This document shows, one piece after another, positions 37,585 to 51,699 of a DNA stretch of 64,000 bases. The translations under genes and the position numbers were made by a program. Source of the DNA: Octopus sinensis (lineage: Eukaryota); the NCBI RefSeq assembly GCF_006345805.1, contig NC_043008.1, positions 2,542,001 to 2,606,000 of the forward strand, written 5' to 3'. Position 1 is the first letter of the stretch. Every line of letters begins with the position of its first letter. The notes under the pieces were generated by a model. It did not search any database and was not told the DNA's origin. It worked only from the letters and a program-made list of their open reading frames with translations.

Positions 37585-40500
37585 GTAGTATCGTAGTGTT
37601 GATTCTTGGTCAGAAGCAAAAATAAATGATAAAAATAATTTTTTGAAACAGCAAACGCTAAAACATTATTCAGGGGTAGACAGTGGTTAGCAATTGGTGT
37701 TACTAAGCCTTACCGGATTAAAATTCTGTTGTAGCTGATTTTTGTTAAGCATGAAACGTAGACTCACGGGACTCGTTCTCATTTCGGAAAAAAAGAAATC
37801 GTCGTTTGAAATATTAGGGACGTCTTCTTCCATTAGAATAAACATTCACATTTAATTCAATGCAATTTGCTTTGTCAGATAAAATCTCTTTTGCCACGCT
37901 GCTCGGCTATGTTAAGGAATTCGAAACATTAGCCAGACTTTTCTTAATTCTGGGACATTTCGTTTTCTAATTTTCTTTCAAATTTAAAGCCAATTCCATA
38001 TGCAGCAAAGAGAGAGATATAGAGTTTGAGAGAGTGTATGTGTGCGTGTGTGTGTGAGAGAGCGAGAGATAATTCATTGAACTGTCCAATTTTATTAAAG
38101 AATAATCACATAAGTTTCTTGCAATTTCACGGCCTTTCTTCCCTACACCTATTTTCAACACTGTAAACTAAATATCTAGAAGCGGAGCAAAATCGTGTTC
38201 TCCATCTAAATGTTGCCTGTTTCTATTTGAATTTCTCTACATTGTATGACAGAGGTAATGGAACCACTTTTGTCATTGTTTCGTTTTCTTGTCTATATTC
38301 CTTTGGTCACTCTTGATTCAAAAAAATTGTATTGACATACTTTGCAAGGAAAAGAGTTTCTTCCGAGAGTCTAGTATTTAATAATTCAATATTGAATACA
38401 GTATTCGAAATACTCATTTTAAAGACTTTAATTTTTGGTAAATATATATTGTTCGTACTATCGATGAACTTTGGGTCTAATTTAAGGACTCCTAACCCAA
38501 TAAAATTAGCTACATTGATCGTCCTTGGAAATAAAATCTAATTATAAAATAATCCGGAAGGGCCATTAATCATTCCATAAATCCCTGCCTATTGCAACGC
38601 TCCAATCTATATTTGAATGGAAAAGTTGATGGCAACCCATCTAAGAATACAATACACTGTGTTTTCTTTATTTCAAAACGTTTACATGATTATCTCTTTA
38701 TCATCTATTAGACTTTAGACATATCGGAAACTGCACTCTAGGATGTAGCTCCATGCATTAACTTCGGGTTTAATCTATGGGCCATGAATCGACCAAATCT
38801 AAATAGATATTTGTAATATTTTTATTCGAAATACTGAAAGGCGTTTCATCTCGGACAGGAAACGAATACTACCATACAACTAGAGATTGCCACAAGAATT
38901 CTTTAACATCGACAATAACACATTTTTCTTCGGTGTGTATCACGTTCAGAAAAGTAAATGTATAAATTCAAGGCTGTACTAAATTCCTGTCCAATAAAAC
39001 GATCTCACTGAATTCATTCAAAATGATTCTGTAAAATAAATGTCAGTTGCTTTTGAAATAATAGAATGCATAACACGTTAGAATTTACATGGACGGAAGC
39101 TTCAGTTTTACTACACAATAATATATGACACTCCAGTTGTTGCTTTCGCACTTCGCTACTAAATACAATGTGTGGTTTAACAAAACAACATCACAATTGG
39201 GTTTGGACCTTATGTTTGTTTGCAATCTTCTTCATGACTAATCAATCTAGGAAACCCTATGAGAGAGTAATGACACTCTTACTTTTGGGAATAGCATTTG
39301 AGATGCGATTTAAGGTTACCCAAAACAATACACCTGACATGCTTTTATAAAATTAAGAACGTGATACGCTCGTTACATTTTAAGAAACAACATGCACACG
39401 AGACAAAAAAAATCTCTCTGTATGAAGTAATCTGAAACGGTAAAAATACGAAACTCAGCGCTACTCGTTATATCAAGTTGTACCGCATTTTATGGAGGAC
39501 TAAACAGCCAATATGTTAAATGGAACACGAAAGTAGTGGTCAGTGACATCAACACAGCTTAATCAGAGGAAAACGAACAACTATGAAATTGTTTTGAAAC
39601 TGCTAGACAAGCATCCAATCTAAAAAATGTTATTCTCCCAGTGGAAGCATGGCTCACATGGTAACAGCAGCGGGAAACATGCAAAAGAATAATTTCAAGC
39701 TTCTGGTCTACGTCACGGATCCCCATCGGTCGTCGATGTGTACTCAGTCACCCAATCGACTGAATTGCCGGCTCCTCAGTTAAGGTGTTATTTAATAGTT
39801 TCTAATATGACGTCATTGTTTCTTATCTTATCTAATATATAATGGAGTTTCTTAAGTGTCTCTCTAGATACCGGTAGATAAAAGAATGTTAAATTCTCTG
39901 CAGAGTGAAACACAATGCCCTTCGTTATTCTACAGCTGTCTTGAAATATTTGTTCCACTCTTCAATCGATTACCACACTCCTACATCTTTTGCTTTATTA
40001 TTACAGCAGCTGCTGAAAGTGATATTATCTCTTGAAAAATAAATTCTCAAAGTATTTGTAAATTTCTATAAAACTAAATTTGATATGCGTTTAACCAAGG
40101 GATTTCACCATTCAAGAACCTTCTTTTTTTATCAGATACCTTTGTTATAACATTGATAATAATTAGTTTGGTTTATTTATATTTATCTCAAGGCTTACTG
40201 GTGTTTGATAAAATCCGTCTCGGTACAAGCTTGGTTTTCACAATCAAATCTCTTCTTTCCTTCAGTTTGTGTAAGGTTTCTTGTCCCGACTTAAATGATG
40301 TAAGAAATACGTATATTTTGGGTTTCCTCAAACAATGTTGATGCTGGTTAAATTACTCTGTTCTAGACAGAATTATTTTCCATAAAGCATGTGTATAAAT
40401 ATATTTCTCATAAGAATACTCCATAACTTTTAGTTAGTTTCACCTAATATCTCTGCGAAGAAGTGATTATTTTCATCTGATTTTGTTAATTAGTTTTTTC

Positions 40501-41012
40501 CCCATAATTACGCACTTTTGATTCAGGTTTTTCCGTCTGGCTTCATTAAGTTCTGTCCCATAATGATTCATTTATTCACAAGTCATGCATTTTTTCACTC
40601 TACTAACATTCATGTCAGTAAGGACTATACTTATTTGTTTATCCTTTACGCAAAGTGCATCGCCATATAAACGATACTTTTCAGTTGATGAACGATCATT
40701 TGTTTTCTATTTCCCAAATAGCTGTCGATATGTTATTATTGTTTTACTTTTGCATACTTCATTAGAATTTCCGAGAAGATATATAAACTAGTGCTACTTG
40801 ACTAAGATTGTAAATATTCATACACGGATTTGTTATATTTCGTAAACATCAACAGAGTGTGCGTGGTATGGGCACAAGTCAACATAAGGTATATTTTCTT
40901 CGCATCATTCCTTGAATAGATGCCAGTTGAATGTGATGTGAATTCCTCCTGGTGGCATTAGATTTATCTTCTTTATTCGCCTAGACATATGTGTAATATT
41001 GATTTTGGAGTA

Positions 41013-41200
41013 GGACGGTAAGCTGGCAGAATCTTTAGAAGGCTGGGCGAAATGCTTAGCGCTATTTCGTCTGTCGTTACGTTCTGCGTTCAAATTACGC
41101 CAAGATCGAATTTACCTTTCATTCTTTCGGGCTCGATTAAATAAGTACCACCTCGTGTTTGTCTCCTCTATGTTTAGCCCCCTGTGGGCAATAAAGAAAT
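41013..41200 (+). mobile_element. SINE family B, internal deletion, TSD-like flanks
   Basis: Family match. Flanks atattgattttggag / atatttgttttggag. Confidence 0.8.
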
Positions 41201-42477
41201 AAATATTTGTTTTGGAGGGGAATAGAATTGAATTATTCTATATTGAAACGCCTTTTTCTTGGTTTCCTTTTGTTTTGGTGTGGGAGTTATGCTGCTTCAT
41301 TTTGTGGACGAACTTTTTCTTTTATATCATGAAATTCTTTAGTTTCTGCAATTCTACTGGGTATATTTCCTTTTTATATTCCTGGAGACAACAACGGATC
41401 TATTTCTGCCGTGTTACAGCGGGTGAATAATAAAATTTAGATTTCGTAATTAAGATTTTTTATATCATAGTTTACACTTCCCCGTAGTCGTCGGCATTGC
41501 TCCTCTGGTCCTGGTCACTCCTGTTGCTTGTCGTTAATCAGTGCAATGGTCAATACCAGTTACAGATTGAATAAGAATAGTTACTTAATTGAATGCGATC
41601 ACATGAATAACACTGGGTTGTTAAGGCTGATATTTGGACATTAATTGTTAAGATAATCTTCATTAAAAACGCAAATAACAATGATAACGAGAACAAAAAC
41701 GCCACTGTCACCCAAACATTACTGATTCCATCAATAATGTCGTTAACCAGTAAGGAAAGAATTAGAAAATTAACTGATGTCTGCATATATTTAATTATAC
41801 CTACATGGAATAAATCACTTCATAATTTAATAAATGAGTTGAGACCAAGCACATGCATTTATACAATTCAATACAAAACCTATTTTCCCTATATTTACTG
41901 ATTTAAAATCCATTCTGCATTGATACATTAGCTATTGTATAAACAATCTACTGAATTATGTACTTAGAATAAGTCCGCCTGATAGCTGGGGCTTTCAGTT
42001 ATACATAGTATATTTGTAATAAGAAAATGCGTTCATTGATCAGTAAAGGACGACAAACGCTTCTTTTTTTCATGGCTGAAAACAAAAGCTAGTATTCATT
42101 TTTTTCGTTTTTGTTTTGTTTTTTGTCTTGTTGTTTTGCTTTCTTTTTTACAATATCTTTAAAAGTATAGTCATTTCGATATAATATGGCAAAATGCAAT
42201 TTACTTAAACATATTATACTGCTCAGAAAGTACTCTAGACCAAATTGATTTGTGGTAAATGAATGCCCAAAGGATGTTCTAGCTCCGTTGCGTTGGAAAC
42301 ATGCAACTCTATACTTGCTTTTGACCTACTCTTGGAAATGAAGAGCACATGCATACAAATATATGAAATAGTGCTATACGTACGCCAGCTTTTCTCATAC
42401 TCTTTCTTTCTTTCTTTCTTTCTCTCTCTCTTTCTTTCTCTCTCTCTCTATCTATCTATACATATATATATATATAT

Positions 42478-42516
<39 letters not shown>

Positions 42517-42845
42517 CTTTCAGCCTGTCGGGGTCTATATATATAGATAATTGGATACATAGACAGACATATTGATACACATACATATATATATATATTT
42601 ATGGGTTGGCGGGTCGGTTATTGGGTATGGATGAGGGTGCTTTACTTGCGAGCTCGTGTTTTGGTATGTGAATGTGTGCATGTTTGAATGTGTGTTTGTT
42701 TGCTTGTGTGTGCGTGTGTTTGTATCTCTGTGTGTGTTTCTGTGTGAGTGTATTTACTTGAATATGAATACATTCTCTCCATCCGTATACTAATTACTTC
42801 GAGACTGGGTGATATAACTTCATAACCCAATATCTATAAGAAATA

Positions 42846-43035
42846 GGGTGGCAGCTGGCAGAAACGATAGCAGGCTGGGCGAAACGCATTGCCGTACTTC
42901 GTCTGCCGTTACGTTCTGAGTTCAAATTCCGCCGACGTCGAATTTGCCTCTCCTCCTTTTGGGATCTAATCGACTTAAACCCTTTGTATGTCCTTGCTTG
43001 GCATTTCTATGTTTAGCCCCCTGTCAGAAATAAAT
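42846..43035 (+). mobile_element. SINE family B, internal deletion
   Basis: Family match, with tataagaaat on both sides. Confidence 0.8.
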
Positions 43036-43250
43036 ATTTATAAGAAATCGCTACAACTACATGGACGTGTACACCAACTTTTATAATTTAATTTTTATTA
43101 TCAAATAAATTCCTCTCACCAAAAATTATATATATCAATAATTTAAACCTATATATCACCATTTTTTGTGGATCATTTGGACGAGTTAAAACCAAAGGAT
43201 ATGGAAACCACATTCGGTTGCACTTGAAGTAGTAAGTTATATATATTCAG

Positions 43251-43577
43251 TTCCAAGTCTATTCTGCAATGGCATCTCCAAATCTTTCACAGGAAGGACG
43301 GACATAATATTGCCGGATAGCTATAGGTATGTAAGTGTATTTTGGATAATGGTGCTGCCGTCAGGTCACTCATTTTTAGTTATCTGAATGTAGGAATGAA
43401 TGCAAAGCGTGAAATTCTTTAAAGAATGGTAATATACAGAAATATATTTACAGACATTCACATGCCACCAATGTTGTTGAAGTGGAAAAAGAAATAGACA
43501 TTTCAAAATTAAAATCCCGTCCTCTTCAGGCGGTAAAAGAAATGTCCTTAGTTTCAAGGAATGTTCAGATCACCTGA
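43251..43577 (+). CDS. Candidate two-exon coding segment (43251-43326 and 43454-43577)
   Basis: tattcag| exon |gtatgt, a 127-nt intron, then tttacag|. Phases are compatible: PSLFCNGISKSFTGRTDIILPDSY-R-HSHATNVVEVEKEIDISKLKSRPLQAVKEMSLVSRNVQIT*. Confidence 0.3.
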
Positions 43578-45119
43578 TGGAAACATGTTAAGGGTTCATT
43601 TGCATTCATAGAAATCTAGAAAAACATGAACTTTGATAGCGGAACAATCTGACAGGATATCCGGTCAATACTGACAGTTAGGAATACCTTATAATTCCTG
43701 ATATATTTCGAACGTATGCAGCTGAATAGATTTTTCTTGACAACAGTGGTGATGCATCATGCGGAATTACTATATTTAAAAAAATCAAATATAGCCCTAG
43801 AAAACGAATCTAAAATTTTCGTACGATGGCACCTTCACATTCCCACAATTCAAGTTTCCCCATCACCATGGCATTACAGCATATATGCACAGTTGTATTG
43901 ATCCAATTCTCTATATTCTAAGTCCGAATCATTTGCATAATACACACCGATCACAAATTATATTGAAGCCTTTGGAAATACAAACCAAACATAATTCGTT
44001 TGCTGCAGTTTTAAGAAAATTGATTTCAAAATTATTCAATTATTTTTCCCAAAGCTGAAATCTGTGGAATGGATAGATTTACATTTAAGAAACTATTCGT
44101 TAAAGAAACGGACATCATTTTAGTTATATGGTTTTCAATTACATGTTTAACCCACACATCTTGCCTGCTCAATTTCACTCTCAAACTTTGGGTGGGAATG
44201 AAAATATGGTAGAACACATTTGCTTAAGGCTATGTGCAAATGTGATCATATCCAGTAAATTGTAATTCTGAGGTGAAATTCCTAACAACACAGTGATGTG
44301 ACTATTGCAAACAGCTACGTACTGAGCTATTTAACCGGGTTGTTCATAGTATCCAGTATTTCGTACAGAGCAGCCGTCTCGCTTTTATTTCTCCCAAAAA
44401 GAGTGACTTTTTAGAAGACAGGCAACAAAGCACTACATTTCTTTCACATAAGACGGTTATGCTGCTAAGTATAACACATTCTAGATCGCATTCAACACAC
44501 TACAAACTATGGTGCAAACATAGACTGTACTCTGTCTATTTCTAATCTGAGACCACTCTTATACTCACTAATCCTCTCAACTAATTTCATGCCATCTCCA
44601 CACCGAATAAATATCTCACACATAATTTTCCATTTATGACGCCTTCATTTTTGCTTTGGTTGTCTCTTGATTTGCGCAACATTCAGGAATTCCTTTTCAA
44701 TTTCATATTTTGGAAATCAGCATAAATGCTAATAATGATGGTGGTTTCAATGTTCAGGCATTGTACTTTACGTCTGCCTAAATACAACATGTCTATATCG
44801 TCTCCACATTATACTACCATTTACCCTCAGCCATATCAGACATTAAAGGAAGTTATCAACTAAAATTCCGCTCTGTCGTCTAAATTGGCAAACAAAATGT
44901 CCACTCAATGCAGAAATACAAAGTAAATCTTTTTGAACGTCGATCAGATTCACCTTTGCTAGCCACATTCAAATCAGTAACATCGTCATAAAATCAGTAC
45001 CAAAAGGATTTATTTTCATTTTAATAAATTCCTACGAATCCCTTTTGTTTGTGGGTTGCTCATATAGCATGAACACTTGATAAAGCGTCTTCTATCTTTA
45101 TGTTTTGGGTGGCCGTTAC

Positions 45120-45265
45120 CTTCGAGACCGAAAATGCACAGAAATGTATCGGATTAACTTTTTTGTTCTCGAGCGTCCGATTTTCGACGGCAAATATTAC
45201 GAACTTTCTTTGAAGTTCACTCAGCGGATGTTGCTCGCGTGAAAGGGTTCGGATCCAGTTGATAT
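45120..45265 (-). CDS. Candidate coding exon (could alternatively start at ATG 45293)
   Basis: ttttcag| 146 nt |gtaacg. Single open frame INWIRTLSREQHPLSELQRKFVIFAVENRTLENKKVNPIHFCAFSVSK; CpG-rich. Confidence 0.35.
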
Positions 45266-47649
45266 CTGAAAATTTGAAGATTTGTTTCTTCATTTTCCAC
45301 GCAGAAAAAATACAACAACGCGAGCTGATTTAATTAAGACATTCTTAGTATATGGGTATTTTTTTTTATAGAAGTGAAGGAACTTTCGATAGAGTTTGTC
45401 AGCAATTAACATCGTTTAACCACAATACTGTGAAGCATGATTGAATAAACATATAATAAAATACAACCCACGCATAAGCATCTCGTCTGTCCAGTGATGC
45501 GAGCAACTACTTGGAGGAATTACCTTTACGTTTATACGTAAAATAAAGGGAATGTGATATGTGAAATATTTAAAAACAAAATTTTTCGCAGATTCGAACC
45601 ATAATGCAGACGTAGCCATAGCGACCTTCAGTTAGCAAAGTTGAGTACAAAAGCATAACTGAATACAACCCAAAAACTATGAGAGACAAACTGTATTACT
45701 GATATCTGTCTGTATCTCCATCATTCGACAGGAAGGAACAATGTATAAAAAATAATTCTTGTTAGTGACCATTGTCACTGTGCAAATTTGGAAATGAATG
45801 TTGCTTTATGACAAGAAATCGTAAGGCATTTGTGAAGCTGAATTCATGGTTCATAGGATTATATTTATATATCACTACGAGGACGTGGTAATAGTTCTCG
45901 GCTTACATCAAAACATTAGATTGTTCCTGTATTGGTCTTGAATTCCAGGTAAAAAACATTTTTGTTTTTTAATGAATAAAATAAATAATCTTGTAGAAAA
46001 TAAGTAATTGGTTATTAGTCGTAGTCAACGGTTCTTCAATATTGATCTAGTCCTCAAGTGCATTTAGCATAAATATATTAAGAGAGATAAGGGTGATATT
46101 CAATATGTTTGCGCATCTTGATCTCGAACTTGAGGACCTGATAGGAATCACCATAATCATCATCATCATCGTCATCGTCGTCTTCGTCACCATCATCATC
46201 ACTACTGATATTATCATTAATGTTATAATGCATAACAATTTCTATCTTAGGGACACGATCTCAAATTCTGTGAAAGAGAAGCCGATTACACCACCACTAC
46301 TGCTTGAAACGTTATTCATTTTACGTTACTTGAACCAGGATTGAAATCAGGACGTGAAACATCAAATGTGAAGACAGTAAATAATTTTCTTCGAAAATTA
46401 AATGATATTCTCGCAATGCACTGCAGCAGCCATTATTGATTTTATTGGTTCGATCGTTTGAATTGAAATATCACGTTGGTCAAGAAATCCTTTTTCCTTT
46501 CAAGAGTAAAGAAAGCACAAGACTTGTATTCTGCTCGTGGCCCGACCACCCGCAGTGGTGTCTTTTAATGAAAGATAATACAATGAGACATTTTATAATA
46601 TTTTCAAAACAGTCATGATATGATGCCGTGCATCACAATCTGCATTCATGTAATCAAAAGATGCGGGAACCATCGTCGAGAAGCGATGTACAAAGTCTTT
46701 GTTTCTTTTTTCCTTCATTTTGCAACTGATATACTGTAAGTTGCTTTTTTCTTGTTGTTTCGCCCCAGGAGGGTCTGCAATAGGCAGAATCATATTATCG
46801 AATGTGTTATTTAATATCTGAAGACGGTGCGGTGAATTCCGCAAGACATGTCTAATATTTCTAATAATTCGAGTTCCCAAAGAGAAACGATTTTCTTGCC
46901 TCGTTACTTGCATTTTGTTTTCTAATGTGATTTGTTTTATTGCTTCTTATATTACTTTGGTGTTTCTTCCGTTCTAACAGTATTTGCTCTGCGAGTTATA
47001 TAACTATTGTTATTACTAAAAGTATTATTAATATCATCAGTACTATAGCGCCATCGTCAACGTTGTCGCTATAACTATAATAGTTATAATGAACATCACA
47101 ATAATATATGCGAGAGGCAGCACAACGGTGGAGAGGAAAATGAAAATGATAATATAATTTATATGATCCGAAAGTTTGAAATACTTCGTTGATTCCAAAA
47201 CCAGCGACTTAACAGCGCGGAGAGACATAATTCTCCTGATGGACGAAAGCCAATAACTTAACGCCAGAACCATCAGTTTAAAATACCCACTCACAAGAAA
47301 ATTTAACTAGTCTATAGAGAAAATCATGCTCACTGGAATCTCTGTGCCAATATTCCAGTTTAAAATGTTTCAATATATCAAGATTGTTAAAGCAGTGGGA
47401 TGGGCTGGGGTGATTGGTGCGAGAAAGGGTGGTCGTGTATACGCTCTTGTTCATGTTGATGCTGACGAAGCGGGTAGGGGTAAGGTTTGTTAGTGGAGGA
47501 GGTGCCGGGAATTTTAATGGTGCTAGAGGTGAGAAGGTATATAGCTAGGTTTCAAGTGCTTTTAGTTCGCAGATGCTCCATAGTTTTTGGTTTAACAGAC
47601 AGAAACTGCTCTAAATGTCCCGAATGATAATTTCCTCCATATGTATATA

Positions 47650-47654
47650 TATAT

Positions 47655-47705
<51 letters not shown>

Positions 47706-48042
47706 TGTGTTTGTGTGTGTGTGTTTGTGTGTTAGTGTGTGTGTGTATATATGCATATATCATATTGTTTTATATAATACATATATATTATATAAGACAA
47801 TATATGTATAAGTACGTGTGTCTATGTGTGTATGTATATATATATTATATATATATATATGTGTGTGTGTGTTGTGTGTGTGTGTTGTGTGTGTGTGTTG
47901 TGTGTGTGTGTTTGTGTGTTAGTGTGTGTGTGTATATATGCATATATCATATTGTTTTATATAATACATATATATTATATAAGACAATATATGTATAAGT
48001 ACGTGTGTCTATGTGTGTATGTATATATATATATATATATAT

Positions 48043-48060
<18 letters not shown>
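47650..48060. repeat. About 185-bp tandem duplication within a compound (GT)/(TA) microsatellite
   Basis: gcatatatcatattgttttatataatac...gtacgtgtgtctatg occurs twice. Confidence 0.85.
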
Positions 48061-48073
<13 letters not shown>

Positions 48074-50094
48074 GCGTCTATGTATATGTGTATGTATATA
48101 TATATACATTAAATATATCAAAAGACAATCAAGTTGATATATATATATGTGTGTGTGTGCGGGGGTGTATATGTGTGTGTATGTAGGTGTGTATGTATAG
48201 AAAGATAAATAAATAGATAGATAGAGAGGGAGGAAGCGGGTGATGCGGATGTATATGAATAGGTAGGTGTGCACATGCTTATATATCTACCTTTTCATTT
48301 TGTATATTTTTATATATATAAGCACATATTAACCTGCAAACGCACACATGCGATAATGTATATTCAGATATAAATAATTATAAGAAGAATACGATTCACA
48401 AGTGTGTAATTCACGCACACATACCCACGCACGTACAAAGACATAGAAACACCAAGCCTTTCTTACACATTAATGCATCACATTATCTATTCTTATCAGG
48501 AACAGTGGCCATTAATTTTGGACGGGAGTAATGGACACGGCTAAATTTTCGAAAATATTCATGTCGTGCTTGTTTTGAAATATAAACACAGGATACATTA
48601 GATATAGTTTGTTACAGCTGGTTGCCACTAGATTACCAAGTTAATGGTAGAAGAGGCTAAAGTTGATACACGCATATATAAACATACAACATCAACGTCC
48701 CCAGACCGTACGTATACCTGTATGTATTCGTATGTATGTATATATAAATGCATATACATAATCATATATACACACATCTATGTATAAATTATTTTTATAT
48801 GTATATATATGTATTTATGTGCATTCTTTCACATTTATAGACACATATACACTTAGCAAGAATATATAGCCAGTAGGTGAAAGCTTGTACTTATCTCTCA
48901 CATGGTGGAAAATGTGCCAACCTCTAAATCGAAAGAGAAGAGCTGAGCAAACATACTTAGCGTGTAGGCTTAAAGTGCGATACGGCGCTTCAGATCGGTT
49001 TGTAGCTGGAAAGGGAAGTTGTAAAAGAGAAGTTAAGAAATGAGATGTGTGTGGATAAGTCGTAGGAAGAGGGAGAGAATATAAGAAAGCATTAGGAAAC
49101 GGGAAAAGAAAACCTTCAGGAGATAAAAAGAGGGAAAGAATGATGGTGGAGTGAGCGATCACTGCAAGACTGTCCCTTTTACACTTACACACGTGCATTA
49201 CACACCTTTGCACGCATTCAATCCCTTCATGCACACGCATTTACACACATCGCCACAATAGTACACGCGAAATCAGACAGGTTTAGTGACTTGCATACTC
49301 TGACACACGATCCAAACGTACAAATAAAATGCTTGTTTCAAGTGCAATCCACCACACAGAACAGTGTTTCATCACCAACGTGTACATATACACGCAGTCA
49401 CATATATATGCACGCAGACATTTTTACTCGTATACAATACCACAAAATCACAGGCAGACGATCACCCATTTACACACAAATGCACATGCACGCACACACA
49501 TAGACACACGCACTCATAGATACACACAATTAATGCAGACTCTTAAACCCCGACATTCCAGAACACACGTCAGTGGAACTACAGAACAATGAAATAGACC
49601 TAAAATAAAATATATAGATATGTTACAAATATTAGCGCAAGTCTAGTAATTTTCATGTAATTGGAAGTTAATGAGATCGACCGTAGTGATCGACTTGTAT
49701 TTAAGTTATTGGCCGGGATACGATCAAAGGCACAGTCACCCTCGATGTTAAACGAAAGTCGGAAAGAACCGGCAAAGATGCTGCTAGACACTTTCACCAA
49801 ATGAACACTAGGGATACCACACACACACACACACACTCACAGAGGTATATATCTATTTATTTGTTTTATTCAGGCGTCAGTTTTAAGAGAGCGTTAGTTA
49901 AGAGAAAATGGTTTAGTCGAAAAAATGTGCCGCAACACTCCTTTTATGCCTCGTACTTATTCTATCCGACTTTTCTCTGCTGAACCTTTATGTAAGTTGT
50001 TGTAAAGAAGCGAAGAACAATTGCCAAGCGTGGGTTCTTAAAAAAAAAACAAAGAAAAAATCACCAAGACACAGATACGCCTGCAACCATATAT

Positions 50095-50250
50095 GCGACG
50101 GGCGCCCCTATTGTGTTTTTCTACGAGGTTCATTCTCAAGGCATTGCTCAACCCCTGCTATAGTAGAAAATAGTTGTACAATGTGCCGTACTGTGGTACT
50201 GAACCCAAAACCGCCTGGTTTCAAAATAAGCTTCTAAACCAGAGAACCAT
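50095..50250 (-). mobile_element. Old SINE family A 5' part
   Basis: Diverged match to 60947-61100 (gcgacggg...gtactgaaccc). Confidence 0.45.
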
Positions 50251-50739
50251 AACTGAAAATGTTTCCGGTAATATTTCCGAATTGAGTTGTAATTATATAT
50301 GCAAGTGGTAAGATTATTCTGTGCTTTTACGTGTTTCAGTGAACGTATAGATGAGTGTATGCGTAGAAATCTATGTAAAATTTACGTTTATATACACATT
50401 TTTTGCGTGGAGGAATCCTCAAATCTGATGCACAATTTATGTCAGATCCGAGACTTCTCATTAGCTCTAAGATTTCATTCACCAACCGTTCACACAATAT
50501 TTATAAATTTACAAATAATATCGGCGTAAACAACCTAGAGAACAAAATTTGCATATTTAGAACATTTTAAAAGTTTGTTTGAATATCGAATTATTGATGA
50601 GTTAAAGCGATTCGTTTCGTCGCAATATCTATAGCTTATGTCTATAGATCAGTTTTTCACCGGCACCGTATTTCGATGAATGTAAACAATACGATGCTAT
50701 ACATGATGAGAAACAGGTGTAAATTCTTTTCTTCTCTAG

Positions 50740-51100
50740 ACACAAGGCCCGAAACTTTTGAAGAGGGCGCCAGTCGGTTAGATGGTCACCAGTACGCAAC
50801 TGGTACTTAATTTATCGATACAAAAAGAATGAAATGCAAACGGGACCTCGATGTAATTTGAACTCAGAACGTAACGGCAGACGAAATACCTATTTCTTTA
50901 TTACCCACAGGGGGCTAAACACAGAGGGGACAAACAAGGTGGGACATAGGTATTAAGTCGATTACGTCAACCCCAGTGCGTAACTGGTACTTAATTTATC
51001 GACCCCGAAAAGATGAAAGCCAAAGTCGACCTCGGCGGGATTTGAACTCAGAACGTAAGCATTCGCCCGGAGTGGTAACGTTTCTGCCACATCGCCGCCT
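50740..51100 (-). mobile_element. Two adjoining SINE B-type copies (younger 50891-51100 next to older 50740-50890)
   Basis: The core actggtacttaatttatcga...tttgaactcagaacgtaa occurs twice, with different tails. Confidence 0.8.
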
Positions 51101-51699
51101 TGCAACAGGTATAAATTGAATCATCAGCAGCTTTGTACCTTCCTTAACCATCCACAAAAACATACGTGCAGATGCCGATAAACCTATACGTGTGTGTGTT
51201 TTTATGTTTGTATGTCTGTTCGAGTGTAATTTGGTTTCTGTATACGTGTTTATGTGTCTGTTCAGTATTATATTTTTGTAGACACTCCAAAAAGAATAAG
51301 TTTCGAAATCTGCAATTTTATACAATATATTTTTGTTAAGCTCGCCTACTCCAGCTTTCTCATTGCCGTATATTCGCAACACTCACGGACTTGCTGCTAA
51401 TAATGAAAACGGTAAAATAATTACACATTTTTTTTTTTAATCCGGCCAACTAATTTGTCTCTATTTCAGAGTTTTATTTTGTTTTCAGCAAGAATTTGGT
51501 TTTGAGATAATAAACTGCCAATTTTTCCGATTTTTTAATAATTATTGCATTGTTTCATCATTATATGTCTCTTCCCTGCTGTGCATTGTCCAGAGTGTTC
51601 ACAGGTAAGTCGAAGAAATCTCTAGTTTCTTTATGTTTCAATTTTACGAATTGCTGTTTCACTGTATTTTATCAATAATTTCCCCTCCAACTATTCTGT

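Noticed and set aside
41550-41786. Hydrophobic ORFs resembling transmembrane segments (also 46093-46344, 47043-47294, 31757-31951)
   Set aside because: Derived from degenerate (AAC)/(ATC)/(ATT) repeats and AT bias.
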